Assembly: GCA_018992685.1 (NCBI GenBank)
Contig: JACVGT010000003.1
Coordinates: forward strand, 128,001-192,000
Direction: 5' to 3'
Length of the DNA: 64,000 nucleotides
Origin: Theionarchaea archaeon
GTDB taxonomy: Archaea > Methanobacteriota_B > Thermococci > Methanofastidiosales > SZ-28-30
The notes under the pieces were generated by a model. The model did not search any database. It was not told the DNA's origin and saw only the letters and a program-made list of their open reading frames with translations. Numbering within the stretch: the stretch's first letter is position 1; each line of letters starts with the position of its first letter. Position numbers and translations under genes: made by a program. Below, piece by piece: positions 19,983 to 29,030 of this stretch.

Positions 19983-20909
19983 TTACACTCCAATTTTTGT
20001 CTTTAAGACTGAGAACCCTTTCTTTTTAATGGCCTTGGAGACCTTTTCTTGCAGCGACTCACCCGGGGTTAGGGCAACCATGTACCCGCCAAGGCCCCCT
20101 CCTGTCATTTTGGCACCGAAAGCACCTGCCTTCCTGGCAGTCTCTACGAGTGCATCCAGGTCGCCATTGGATACTTCTATTTTCTGCAGTAGTTGATGAT
20201 TGACATTCATGAGTCTGCCGACTTCTTTCAGGTCAGAGGATTCCAGAGCTTTCCGCGCGTCGTACGCTATATTTCGAGCTCGGCTGAATATCTTGTCATA
20301 CTCTTCGGGGTTTTTTTCCCTGCGTTCTTTCACTCCCGCCACTGCTGCTTTGGTGTTGGCAACGGTTCCTGTATTGCCCATGACAATTTCTACAGGTTGA
20401 GGGATTTTCATGAGATCAAAGGTGTTGGGTTCTCCTTTTACAAACCAAATCATTCCACCATATGTGCTGGCTGTATTGTCAACTCCTGAGGGTGTCCCAT
20501 GGTATCCTTTTTCCCCTTCGTAGGCGATTTCGTTAATTCTGTCATCATCCAATCCCATGTCAAATAACTGATTGAGTGTCCTGGCAATGGCAGTACAGCT
20601 GGCAGCAGAAGCTCCCACTCCAGATGCAGCAAATAGGTCACCTTTCAGTGTTATTCTGAGGTTCGCATTCATTGAAATATCCATGGCCCCGAGTATTCTT
20701 CGCAAGGAGTCTTCTTGATGTTCCTTTTTCTCTTCCTTGTAACCAGGGGTAGCCGGTCTGTTATCAATGAGCTGGATACCACCGGAATCAGTTTTCTCTG
20801 CAATGGCGACAGTTGCATCACTGATTGCTGACACAATAGATGGGATGCCATACACCACAAAGTGCTCATTAAACAGAATACATTTTCCGTAACCTTTCCC
20901 TTCTGCCAT
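19983..20909 (-). CDS. mvk: Mevalonate kinase
   Basis: GKCILFNEHFVVYG, GVGASAA, HGTPSGVD, GAKMTGGGLGG. Confidence 0.92.
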   Translation of the reverse strand: MAEGKGYGKCILFNEHFVVYGIPSIVSAISDATVAIAEKTDSGGIQLIDNRPATPGYKEEKKEHQEDSLRRILGAMDISMNANLRITLKGDLFAASGVGASAASCTAIARTLNQLFDMGLDDDRINEIAYEGEKGYHGTPSGVDNTASTYGGMIWFVKGEPNTFDLMKIPQPVEIVMGNTGTVANTKAAVAGVKERREKNPEEYDKIFSRARNIAYDARKALESSDLKEVGRLMNVNHQLLQKIEVSNGDLDALVETARKAGAFGAKMTGGGLGGYMVALTPGESLQEKVSKAIKKKGFSVLKTKIGV

Positions 20910-21258
20910 GTTCTCACCTAATAATTCGTTCTTAAAGCATAGGGACTCTCATATTTAAGGTTTTGTATAAACCTGTTTCGCCAAATGCCGAGAAGAATCA
21001 GACTGCCGTCTGCTCCTTCCAGCAGTCTGGACGGTGTTGAAAAACCCGTGCAATTGAGACAACACCAAGAAGAGAGCGTCTGAATTCGAGTATCTTATTC
21101 CTAGAATCTGAATGCCCTATTCTGGCAGAGGTAGGCTTTCACGGAGGGAATCAAAAGAAATGAGAAATTATGTCTTTCTCTTGATTTGTGCTTTTCTCCT
21201 CGAACAGCGTGTCGCAGATTCGTTAGAAGGTTTATATGTGAAGAGACAGACCTTTCTC

Positions 21259-22053
21259 ATGGATATTCCACCTGCTGTGAGCCAGCTGACAGAATACTGC
21301 AAGAATGTGTACACCCAGGCAGAGAGTGTCATTCACCAATGGGGACACATCTGGAGGACCACCAGAGGTGCAGTCTGGTTCGTCAGGACCACCGGAGGTT
21401 CACAGAGAGAACAGCTGCTGGCATACGTGGCAGGGATTCTCCATGATATCGTCCGTCCCATTACTGAAGAAACCTGTCATGCACAGGCCAGCGCGGATAA
21501 AGCATTACTCGTCCTCAACGGCTACCTCGAATTCACCATATCCGAACGGGAGGAGATCTACAATGCCATAAGGGACCATAGAAGACCAGTATCCTGGAAA
21601 ACTCGTGTGCATCAGAGCGTATACTTGTCGGACAAGGTACTTGAACACATGGGTGCATACCTGGACTTCAGGGGCGCTGTGTGGGCAGGGGAGCTCTCCA
21701 GAACCGATCTTAGAGGTCTGGAACCGGTGGACGCTGTCATCACTTATTACCGGAAGGCATCGCCAAAGTTTCTGACTGGCCTTTTTCCCGACCATGTGAA
21801 GAATCTGGTGGAATATCAAGTGGAGTGGAACAGGAAATTCCTTTCTGCACTCGAGAGAGGAGAAGTATGGGCCTGCCAGATGGCAGAAACCTTCTTCAAC
21901 AAAGGCAGACAAAAACACGAATTCGAACATGCCCTGCAGTCTTTCAACCCTCACGACAGAAAGCAGCAGAAGTGGACCCATGAAATGAGGACCTACGTCA
22001 CAGGTCAAAAATTCTCTCTGTTCAAAACCCTGATAGATCACAAGAAAAACTAG
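21259..22053 (+). CDS. HD-domain metal-dependent phosphohydrolase
   Basis: HQWGH, GILHDI, DH, SDK; ATG 21259 chosen because it follows AGGTTTATATG. Confidence 0.75.
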   Translation: MDIPPAVSQLTEYCKNVYTQAESVIHQWGHIWRTTRGAVWFVRTTGGSQREQLLAYVAGILHDIVRPITEETCHAQASADKALLVLNGYLEFTISEREEIYNAIRDHRRPVSWKTRVHQSVYLSDKVLEHMGAYLDFRGAVWAGELSRTDLRGLEPVDAVITYYRKASPKFLTGLFPDHVKNLVEYQVEWNRKFLSALERGEVWACQMAETFFNKGRQKHEFEHALQSFNPHDRKQQKWTHEMRTYVTGQKFSLFKTLIDHKKN

Positions 22054-22059
22054 GAGAAA

Positions 22060-22902
22060 TTATGTAACTACTGCACTTCCATATCCAACAATGAGACTTT
22101 TTTCTCCTGAAATATCATATGAAGTTCTGTACTCCAGAATTTTGGCGTTTTCCAGCCCCAGATTCCGACACGCAACAATCATGGCTGCAATACATCCATA
22201 CCCGCACGCAGTTGTTACACTAGCTGCTTCATGCACCTTTTCCGGAGACATCTCCTCTATCCCTCCCAGTATGTCTCCATCTGCTTTTTTCATCCACTCC
22301 AAAGGATCTTCTCTGGTGGGGAGGAACCCATAATACGAACCAAAGTGAGTCAAATCGCTGGAAGCCACAATCCCCACGTTCTTCCCGTGGACAGCTTCTG
22401 CAATCGCTATCCCCACTTCTCCAGCAGTTTCGTTATCCTGCATGGCCATACAAATCGGGACAAACCTGGTACCCCCAATATACTGGATAAAGGGGACCTG
22501 GACCTCTATTGAATGTTCCCGGGAGTGTGCTGTGGTATCATCATCCATGATATCACACAGGGCGAATATGTCTCTCGCCAGCACCTCGTCGATAGCCAAT
22601 GGTCCAAACGGACTCTCCCACGTTCCTGCAGTCACAATGGCCACACCTGATCCAATTCCAGCATGGTTGGGGCCTAAAACCACAAAGGTGTCAGGTGAAT
22701 GCTTTCTGAACTCCACATACGTATGAGCTGCTACCTGCCCTGAATATTCATATCCTGCATGTGGAGCGAGCCCTCCCATCACAGAGGGCGTTCCGGGTTC
22801 AGGCAGTCCTCCAAGTGAGGAGAAGAAGGTGTCCAACGTTTCGCGCAATCGAGATTCAGAACCAGGGTAAAATCCGCCAGCTGCAACAGGTCTTCTAATC
22901 AT
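22060..22902 (-). CDS. MEMO1 / AmmeMemoRadiSam protein B
   Basis: PVAAGGFYP, PHAGYEYSG, GPNH, EHSIEVQ, SSDLTH, CG, VGY. Confidence 0.93.
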   Translation of the reverse strand: MIRRPVAAGGFYPGSESRLRETLDTFFSSLGGLPEPGTPSVMGGLAPHAGYEYSGQVAAHTYVEFRKHSPDTFVVLGPNHAGIGSGVAIVTAGTWESPFGPLAIDEVLARDIFALCDIMDDDTTAHSREHSIEVQVPFIQYIGGTRFVPICMAMQDNETAGEVGIAIAEAVHGKNVGIVASSDLTHFGSYYGFLPTREDPLEWMKKADGDILGGIEEMSPEKVHEAASVTTACGYGCIAAMIVACRNLGLENAKILEYRTSYDISGEKSLIVGYGSAVVT

Positions 22903-22999
22903 GGAGTATTGTGCTCAGAAGTCTTTAAATAATTATCCATCTGCACATGCGAATGAACCATGCGTCTCTCTTCAACCCAAAGAAGGCACCTGTTTCCTC

Positions 23000-23596
23000 C
23001 TATTCCTTTGTTTCGAAATCTTCTAGAGGAGGCATTTCTGAGTCGTCCTTTAAGGTTCCGTTGGCCTTTAACATCTCCCGAGCCAGCAACCAGTACACCA
23101 GGGTCAGTGCTTTTTTTCCTTTGTTGTTCGTGGGAATGACAATATCCACATTGGTCAGCATGTTCTCTGAGTCACACAGAGCCACCACGGGAATGCCTAC
23201 GGTGGTTGCTTCTTTCAAAGCCTGGTAGTCTGCTCTGGGGTCAGTGACAATCAGTACATCAGGCTCCACAAAGTGATCACAGTTGGGATTGGTCAGACTC
23301 CCTGGGATAAAGCGTCCTGCCACTGCTTTCGCCCCCGTCCATTTGGCAAACATCTCCACTGGTTTCATTCCGTATTGTCTGTTGGAAACCACCAGAATCT
23401 GAGGGGGGTTGAATTTGGCCAGGAACTTACCTATTTGACCAATTCGAGTATCAGTGGTCTTCACGTCCAGGACGTACAGACCGTCCTGTCTGACCCGATA
23501 GATGTATCTTTCCATGTGTCGATTCTTCTGTTGTGTACCAATATGAATGCCTGATGCAAGGTATTGATCCAACGAGATGAGGAGTTCTTCGTCCAT
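23000..23596 (-). CDS. rps2: 30S ribosomal protein S2
   Basis: [30 protein letters not shown]; SD AGGTGA. Confidence 0.96.
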   Translation of the reverse strand: MDEELLISLDQYLASGIHIGTQQKNRHMERYIYRVRQDGLYVLDVKTTDTRIGQIGKFLAKFNPPQILVVSNRQYGMKPVEMFAKWTGAKAVAGRFIPGSLTNPNCDHFVEPDVLIVTDPRADYQALKEATTVGIPVVALCDSENMLTNVDIVIPTNNKGKKALTLVYWLLAREMLKANGTLKDDSEMPPLEDFETKE

Positions 23597-23624
23597 AATT
23601 TCACCTTTTGCAAACATGAGGGAA

Positions 23625-23725
23625 TGGGGCCGCCGAGATTTGAACTCGGGTATCCAGCATTTTGGTCACAGATTCTATCTGTAAACCCCAAGCTGAGAGG
23701 ATGGACCAAGCTACCCTACGGCCCC
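23625..23725 (-). tRNA. tRNA-Pro(GGG) with 26-nt intron at 37/38 (23660-23685)
   Basis: GGGGCCG/CGGCCCC acceptor stem, TTCAAAT T-loop, bulge-helix-bulge TTGG/CCAA with GGT and AAT bulges. Confidence 0.92.
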
Positions 23726-23735
23726 ATTTCACGAG

Positions 23736-23936
23736 TTACCCGTGAGTTTCATACTTGAGGATTTCATCCTGAAGATCCACATGAGTGAGCATCATGCGTC
23801 TGCAGCAGTACCGCTCCAGGCCCAGATCATCCATAATCTGTTTGGGAGGCTCTCCCTGGGACACCCTGCGTGAAAACTCCTCCCACAAATGACCAATGGG
23901 TTTCCCACAGGTAAAGCAACGGACAGGAATGATCAT
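23736..23936 (-). CDS. rpoN: RNA polymerase subunit N (Rpo10)
   Basis: [12 protein letters not shown]...RYCCRRM. Confidence 0.96.
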   Translation of the reverse strand: MIIPVRCFTCGKPIGHLWEEFSRRVSQGEPPKQIMDDLGLERYCCRRMMLTHVDLQDEILKYETHG

Positions 23937-23940
23937 TGAA

Positions 23941-24345
23941 TCACCGGTACGACTTCTGCTTCTTTGCCCTGGGCCCTTTGCTGGAGGCATTGGGCTTGTG
24001 GGGTTCTGTTCTCCTGAAATCCCCTTTCAGCATGGTTCTATCATAGTCCAGGTAGATTTCCCGCAGGTCCACGTCCTGGGTCCACTTGACCAGTCCTCTG
24101 GCAACAGCCATGCGCACTGCATCTGCCTGTCCCATGAATCCGCCGCCTTTTGCATCAATGTTGATATCCACTTTGTCAGGAATGTCACCTGCTAGAATGA
24201 GAGGCTCCATAATCTTCAGTCTGGCTATTTCTGGCTTCACCAGAGGCAGGGGGACATTGTTTATGCGCACCCTTCCCTTCCCTTCTTTGAGAACAGCCCT
24301 AGCAATAGCTTCTTTGCGCTTGCCTGTGGATTGCACGATCTTCAT
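23941..24345 (-). CDS. rps9: 30S ribosomal protein S9
   Basis: [23 protein letters not shown]. Confidence 0.96.
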   Translation of the reverse strand: MKIVQSTGKRKEAIARAVLKEGKGRVRINNVPLPLVKPEIARLKIMEPLILAGDIPDKVDINIDAKGGGFMGQADAVRMAVARGLVKWTQDVDLREIYLDYDRTMLKGDFRRTEPHKPNASSKGPRAKKQKSYR

Positions 24346-24764
24346 TTGCTCACCTCGTATCCCAGAAAGTGGGATATTTCACCTATTGTAACAAAGCTGG
24401 AGGTTCTCTCCAAGATGCTATCAATGGGTACTTCATCTGTCTTTTTATACTTTTCCGGTACTCCAGTGAAAACCTGCAGGTTTTTCAGAGCCTTTCTTCC
24501 CCGTATCCTGCGAGAAGGAAGCATTCCTTTGATGGCCCGCCGTACGATGCCTTCAGGAGTCCGGGGGAAGTGGGGACCTCTCCAGGGGTTGGCAATATCT
24601 GCCCGGTCAACTCGCTGCTTGTATCTACGAAAGACATAGTCCTTGCTCCCTACTATGACTGCTTTCTCTGCTTTGACGATGGTGACTTCTTCTCCTTCCA
24701 GCAGTTTCTTTGCCACAAAGGACGCCATTCTTCCAAGAATCAGGTTCTCTGCATTGATGATCAT
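24342..24764 (-). CDS. rpl13: 50S ribosomal protein L13
   Basis: [28 protein letters not shown]. Confidence 0.96.
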   Translation of the reverse strand: MIINAENLILGRMASFVAKKLLEGEEVTIVKAEKAVIVGSKDYVFRRYKQRVDRADIANPWRGPHFPRTPEGIVRRAIKGMLPSRRIRGRKALKNLQVFTGVPEKYKKTDEVPIDSILERTSSFVTIGEISHFLGYEVSK

Positions 24765-24768
24765 AGTA

Positions 24769-25128
24769 TCACTCCAGAATCCTAACTCCCCTCCCCTGGG
24801 GGTTCTCTTTCAATAGTTCCGGTATGGTCAACGTTCTTCCTCTTGCATTGATCTGTTCTCGTGCACTCTGAGAAAAGGCAAATGCAGAAACAATCACTGC
24901 GTGATCCAGAACACCAGCTCCCAGGACTTTTCCAGGGACAATTACTGTTTCTCCTTCCTTGGTATGTCTGTTGATCTTGGAAAGGTTAACTTCCGCTTTA
25001 TGTCGGGTAGGTCTTGATAATCGTTTTGAAATATCAACCCATAGAGGAACATTATTCTGATATCCCTCTGCCTTCAGTAGCTTTATTAGTGATACGAGGT
25101 TGGGATTTGTCTTTTGAATCTTCTTCAT
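24769..25128 (-). CDS. rpl18e: 50S ribosomal protein L18e
   Basis: KTNPNL, EVNLSKI, VPGKVLGAG; SD AGGTGA before ATG 25128. Confidence 0.95.
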   Translation of the reverse strand: MKKIQKTNPNLVSLIKLLKAEGYQNNVPLWVDISKRLSRPTRHKAEVNLSKINRHTKEGETVIVPGKVLGAGVLDHAVIVSAFAFSQSAREQINARGRTLTIPELLKENPQGRGVRILE

Positions 25129-25138
25129 GTACTCACCT

Positions 25139-25170
25139 TCTGAACTCTTTCGCATTTCTGCTCGCTCAGA
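25139..25170 (-). promoter_or_regulatory. Structured 5' leader of the rpl18e operon (K-turn-like hairpin)
   Basis: UCUGAGC-GA-GCA-GAAA-UGC-GAAA-GA-GUUCAGA between TATA (25192-25200) and SD. Confidence 0.5.
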
Positions 25171-25404
25171 CAGTCTTGTGAGTATTGTTGCTTTTATAAA
25201 GCTTTTGGTTATAACTGGGTCCAGTGGAGGATTGAAATCCTTTTATTCCAGGATCACAGGCTCTTCCCCCGGATGAGGTGTGCTGGATTATTCTTGTCTG
25301 AAATCCAGTGGATACCTGAGGATACCCTGTATTGAATTATAGTGTGCTTTCGTCAGTTGTGTAAATTGAATCTGCTTGTGGCTGAATTCCGGTTTTAAGC
25401 GGGG

Positions 25405-26085
25405 TTAGGAATCAGATACTGCCTTGAGAACTTCATCTGTGAATCTGTCTTCGGGGAGGGCACCCTCAAAGCTGGCAGTTTCATTGATAACAATTTTGGG
25501 GACTGCCATCACATGGTATTTCTGGGCAAGATGAGGGAATTCCACAGATTCCACCATGGCTGCCGTAATATGATCCGATTCCACTGCAAGTTGATGGGCA
25601 GTGCTGACGGCCTGCGAACAATAGGGACAGGTCAGTGTGGTAAAAACTTGGATTGAAACATCCTTGGTTATCCCTTTGATCTTCTCTTTGGTGGTGTCCT
25701 TCAGGCGTGTCGTGCCCTGAGACACAGCCAAAATGGCCAGTATCAGCGGCGTGAACTCATACCCTGAGGGTATGCCATAGAACCTGACTCCGGGATCAAT
25801 GTGCCTTCCGTCTTCAGTCCTTATTACAGCAATGGCAGGAATCTTATCAATGGAATATTCCTGTGCCTTCTGGGCATCTTTCTGAAAATCGTTAATTTCA
25901 AGGCTAATTTTCGGGGATAGCTGGGCCACTTCTGTGAGAATGGTACGGGTTTCTTTGCAGAACTGACATTCTGTCTCCTGAGTAAAAAAAACCAGAGTTA
26001 CTGGATTCTGTAAGGCTTCAAAATGCTTCTGTATCTGGATTTTGTCTTTCTCCTTGAGGAATTCCTGTTGTTCCTTTTCTGGCAT
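25405..26085 (-). CDS. Protein disulfide oxidoreductase (PDO, two thioredoxin folds)
   Basis: CQFC, GIPSGYEF, CPYC, VPK, FEGALPE. Confidence 0.9.
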   Translation of the reverse strand: MPEKEQQEFLKEKDKIQIQKHFEALQNPVTLVFFTQETECQFCKETRTILTEVAQLSPKISLEINDFQKDAQKAQEYSIDKIPAIAVIRTEDGRHIDPGVRFYGIPSGYEFTPLILAILAVSQGTTRLKDTTKEKIKGITKDVSIQVFTTLTCPYCSQAVSTAHQLAVESDHITAAMVESVEFPHLAQKYHVMAVPKIVINETASFEGALPEDRFTDEVLKAVSDS

Positions 26086-26159
26086 GGGCTCACCGTCTAA
26101 CAGGTAGGAAAGAACAAATATATACCTTTGGACTCTTAGACCTTCGAGTTGAATACGCG

Positions 26160-26657
26160 CTACATGAACCGCTCAAATCGTTCTTTCTTCGCCTTGCAGA
26201 TGGGACATACCTCAGGGGGCTCATTCCGTGCACACAGGTATCCGCACACCCGGCATCTCCACACAGGCAGTGTCAGACTGTTTTTATGGTTCAGCTCTTG
26301 GATCCTCTCCCCGGGCGAGGGACGCCGCTCGGGTATGGGAGCCACCTTCTGCTCACCCCTGACCACAGCCTTTGACACATACAGTCCACAGTAGCAGGTA
26401 CCATAGTCTGTTAAATCTCTGTCCCGGTAGTCGCAGGGACATATTATGTCCAGATCATCACGGTAATTCCCGGAGGCCAGTCGGCAGGGGCAGGCCCCAT
26501 ACCCGTACCTCTTTTCGTTGACCAGTAATCCTTGTACCAGTTCCATGGTGACCTCAGTTTCGGGATTCAAGTCGTATCCTCCCTGCCCTGCTTCTCTGCC
26601 CAGTCTCTGGTATAAATCTTCAACCTCTTTTTCAGTCACGGTGGTGTCTCCATTCAT
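26160..26657 (-). CDS. Ferredoxin:disulfide (glutaredoxin) reductase: FTR catalytic domain plus rubredoxin
   Basis: CPCR, CPC, CYC, then WRCRVCGY...CPIC. Confidence 0.9.
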   Translation of the reverse strand: MNGDTTVTEKEVEDLYQRLGREAGQGGYDLNPETEVTMELVQGLLVNEKRYGYGACPCRLASGNYRDDLDIICPCDYRDRDLTDYGTCYCGLYVSKAVVRGEQKVAPIPERRPSPGERIQELNHKNSLTLPVWRCRVCGYLCARNEPPEVCPICKAKKERFERFM

Positions 26658-26669
26658 GGAACTATCTCC

Positions 26670-26951
26670 CTATTTCAAAACCTCCTTGATATCATCTTCC
26701 TTGTACCCTACAATGCACGTTTCATTATTGATTACCAGCGTGGGAAATGAGCACTTGGGATTCCACTGCTTTATTTCATCCATCACGCCTTCTCTTTCTT
26801 CACCATGAAGTAGATCTGCATCCACGTAGTAGTATTCCACGTGTAGGTCATTGAGGAGTTTCTTGGTCTTCTTGCACCAAACACAGGTACTCAAAGCATA
26901 GAGCAGCACCTGGCCCTTGTTGTCTCCTTCTACATGGTTCATCTTGGTCAT
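26670..26951 (-). CDS. Glutaredoxin (NrdH/methanoredoxin-like)
   Basis: LYALSTCVWCKKT, NP..SFPT. Confidence 0.88.
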   Translation of the reverse strand: MTKMNHVEGDNKGQVLLYALSTCVWCKKTKKLLNDLHVEYYYVDADLLHGEEREGVMDEIKQWNPKCSFPTLVINNETCIVGYKEDDIKEVLK

Positions 26952-27086
26952 GGCCACACCTCTCTTTATGGTATGTACACCTACACAGATAAAGTCTTCC
27001 CGTAATTCCAGATCTACCCTCTCCAAGTCCGAGGGAGTATTCTTCCAGGTTCTCGATGCATGCAATACCACTACCCGAGGAACCAC

Positions 27087-28568
27087 TCACGTGCTGGCTC
27101 CTGGGCTCCTTCTTGATAGTACTGTTATGAGGTCTCTTTTCTGTTCCGGCTCTACAATGTCCAAATCCACACCAACTGTTTTGTCATCAAGAACAAGTTC
27201 GATCCTGGATTTCCAGGGCAGAAATTTGGTATCAAGAACTTCATCCCATGCAATGATTTGAGGATAGAAAAATGAAAACAAGATAACTTTTTCTTCTGTG
27301 ACACGGACAGAGGGGGTTTCTCTGTACCAAAAAAAGGCCAAGAGGGAAATAGTATACGGCAGCAGTGAGATGAACCATGAATAATCCCTGTAGTGACAAA
27401 AATCATGGAATCCCAAACATGCATAACTTGCAGCACATACCAAGACAACTGCAGAAGCGTAGGAACCCCGTTTAAAATCCCTGCCTTTTCCGGGAGAGAG
27501 TGAATCACGGAGGGACCACTTCTTTACTGCGAAGAAGGAACCGATAAGAGCTGCCATGAGCATCCCCCCATAGAGACAGTCAAAGAAGAACGGCATCTTC
27601 AGAATTAAAGGAAGTGGTGCGGCAGGAACTGTGGAGATATACCTGCCATGAATATCAGAGCTCTCGTCTTCTTTTGCTTCCATCCATACTACAAGATCGC
27701 CATAGACTGCTGGAGATGACTCCCAATCGAGACCCGTTGCAATCCGCAACTCTTCATTCGTTTTCAGGTCTTGTCCACAGATTTCTTGGCCTCCTCCTGT
27801 ATTCGAATACTCCAGCCACACCAGTGTGTCTCCGTGGACTGTAAGAGAGTATTTCCGGGAGCGAAATGACGGGATTTCTGACTTCTTTTGAGTCTCGAGG
27901 TTGTAGGAATACAGATTGGATGAACCAGCCCAGAAAATGTCATCACCATCTATCACGGGATATCCAGAGATATCTGAATTCTCCGTGATGCAGAATTCTC
28001 TGGTTGTGGCCAGATCACATGCATAGATTCCAGATTTGTTTCTCCTTTCACACCACACAATGTAAGAATCGAATGTTACTGGGTAGTATTGATCATGAGG
28101 GCCTGCCGCAACTTCCAATTCTTTTCCTGTTGAGAGATTGTATGCATAGATGTTCCAGGTTCCACTCCTGCTATCTTCCCACACCACGAAGGTCTGGCCA
28201 AGAGCAGGATTTCGCTGATCCTGAACGTCTGTTGTAATCTGAAACTCCTTCTTGGTTTTGATGTTGTAGCCGTAGATGTCTTTGTTGTTGTTCCTTTTGT
28301 CTAGCCAGACCACCAAATCCCCATAAATACAGGGAGATTCCTGGTCACTGAGGTCAGATGTGATCTGGAATTCTTCTCCTGTAGAAAGGTCATACCCGAA
28401 GATGTCCCAGTTCCCATTTCTATTGTCCGCCCATACGATAGTCTCTTCATAAAGCGCGGGGTCCTTCTGGTAATACAAGTCAGATGTTATGGCAATCTCG
28501 TTCCCAGTCTGAGCAGGAAAGATCAGGAAGACTATGGACACAGCTGCAGCCAACATGTTCATTTTCAT
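27087..28568 (-). CDS. Secreted beta-propeller repeat protein with C-terminal TMs
   Basis: Repeats 'Q..P.I.G..VVW.D.RN.N.DIYGY.L.T..EF.IT'; signal peptide; 3 TMs. Confidence 0.8.
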   Translation of the reverse strand: MKMNMLAAAVSIVFLIFPAQTGNEIAITSDLYYQKDPALYEETIVWADNRNGNWDIFGYDLSTGEEFQITSDLSDQESPCIYGDLVVWLDKRNNNKDIYGYNIKTKKEFQITTDVQDQRNPALGQTFVVWEDSRSGTWNIYAYNLSTGKELEVAAGPHDQYYPVTFDSYIVWCERRNKSGIYACDLATTREFCITENSDISGYPVIDGDDIFWAGSSNLYSYNLETQKKSEIPSFRSRKYSLTVHGDTLVWLEYSNTGGGQEICGQDLKTNEELRIATGLDWESSPAVYGDLVVWMEAKEDESSDIHGRYISTVPAAPLPLILKMPFFFDCLYGGMLMAALIGSFFAVKKWSLRDSLSPGKGRDFKRGSYASAVVLVCAASYACLGFHDFCHYRDYSWFISLLPYTISLLAFFWYRETPSVRVTEEKVILFSFFYPQIIAWDEVLDTKFLPWKSRIELVLDDKTVGVDLDIVEPEQKRDLITVLSRRSPGAST

Positions 28569-29030
28569 TGTACTCTGCCATGGTCTAGGAAGTATATAAC
28601 ACTTATCGTGTACATATATGCATATATAGCTTCGATAGCGCAAGGACTGATTCTTGACGGAAGAGGAATGACGTTCTCCAAAACCCATTATACTCTCAGA
28701 TCAGGATGCTCGTCCTAGACAAGGAGAGGAGTAACGTATGTCATGGCAACGACATACTCTGAACCTCGACCATGCCAGACACCAACGTGTATGAGCTGAC
28801 AGGATCCTTTTCTGGGCAGGAATCGAGACCGGGTCATGGGCCGGGACTTCAACCAAAAGGGTGGTGAGTTGATGATTTTCTTTTTAATTCTCCCAAAACA
28901 TCATTCTGCGGATTTTCAGGACCATGTGGCACAGGCAAGGCAACTACCACCACACTGACCCCAGAATTGATGCATCCTTCAACATTTCCAAATAGAAAAG
29001 CATATAAACTTCTGTGATACAAAAAAAGAG

